A DNA stretch of 63,922 nucleotides, the filler included, from Octopus bimaculoides (lineage: Eukaryota): assembly GCF_001194135.2 (NCBI RefSeq). It is 7 parts of 7 records of this genome, joined end to end, with 100 filler letters (N's around TTAATTAATTAA, not from the genome) between each part and the next. Parts side by side here need not be neighbours in the genome. Positions count along the whole stretch, not along the records: positions 62,920 to 63,922 come from NW_026374371.1; 6 more parts are not named here. One strand, 5' to 3'. The notes under the pieces were generated by a model. It saw only the letters and a program-made list of their open reading frames with translations, did no database searches and had not been told where the DNA came from. The position numbers were made by a program, and so were the translations under genes. Shown here piece by piece: positions 63,799-63,922 of this stretch (positions within the stretch are counted from its first letter, which is position 1; the number at the start of each line of letters is the position of its first letter).

Positions 63799-63922
63799 GG
63801 AGGCGCAATGGCCCAGTGGTTAGGGCAGCAGACTCGCGGTCTTAGGATCGCGGTTTTGATTCCCAGATCGAACATTGAGAGTGTTTATTGAGCGAAAACA
63901 CCTAAAGCTCCACGAGGCTCCG
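63799..63922 (+). mobile_element. tRNA-derived SINE head (family C), truncated by the window end
   Basis: GGAGGCGCAATGGCCCAGTGGTTAGGGCAGC.GACTCGCGGTC...TTGATTCCC, with A and B boxes. Confidence 0.85.

Overview
AT-rich, microsatellite-saturated eukaryotic DNA with many N gaps. The SINE repertoire and the 44N-TTAATTAATTAA-44N linkers suggest an octopus (coleoid cephalopod) draft assembly; this is inference. Most of the window is transposon debris: several tRNA-derived SINE families (labelled A-E here, my own labels), three mariner families, RTE, R4/Dong and CR1/L2-type LINE fragments, Penelope-like remnants with minimal hammerhead-ribozyme motifs, a solo LTR, a piggyBac-like MITE and two long inverted-repeat elements. 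Host features I can support are two phase-compatible minus-strand coding exons (8070-7984 and 7238-7130), probably the 5' end of an alpha-carbonic-anhydrase-domain gene, and one intact tRNA-Ala(AGC) gene at 27069-26997. The most notable oddities are a 360-bp hairpin carrying two hammerhead-like cores, an RTE LINE ending in three tandem C2H2 zinc fingers, a ~110-bp piece of one decayed mariner copied into a neighbouring mariner, and a CpG-decayed domain at ~58.6-63.7 kb. Nearly all entries in the ORF track are microsatellite or N-gap artefacts. No database searches were run; family assignments come from recognised motifs. I found no evidence of a complete new multi-gene system.
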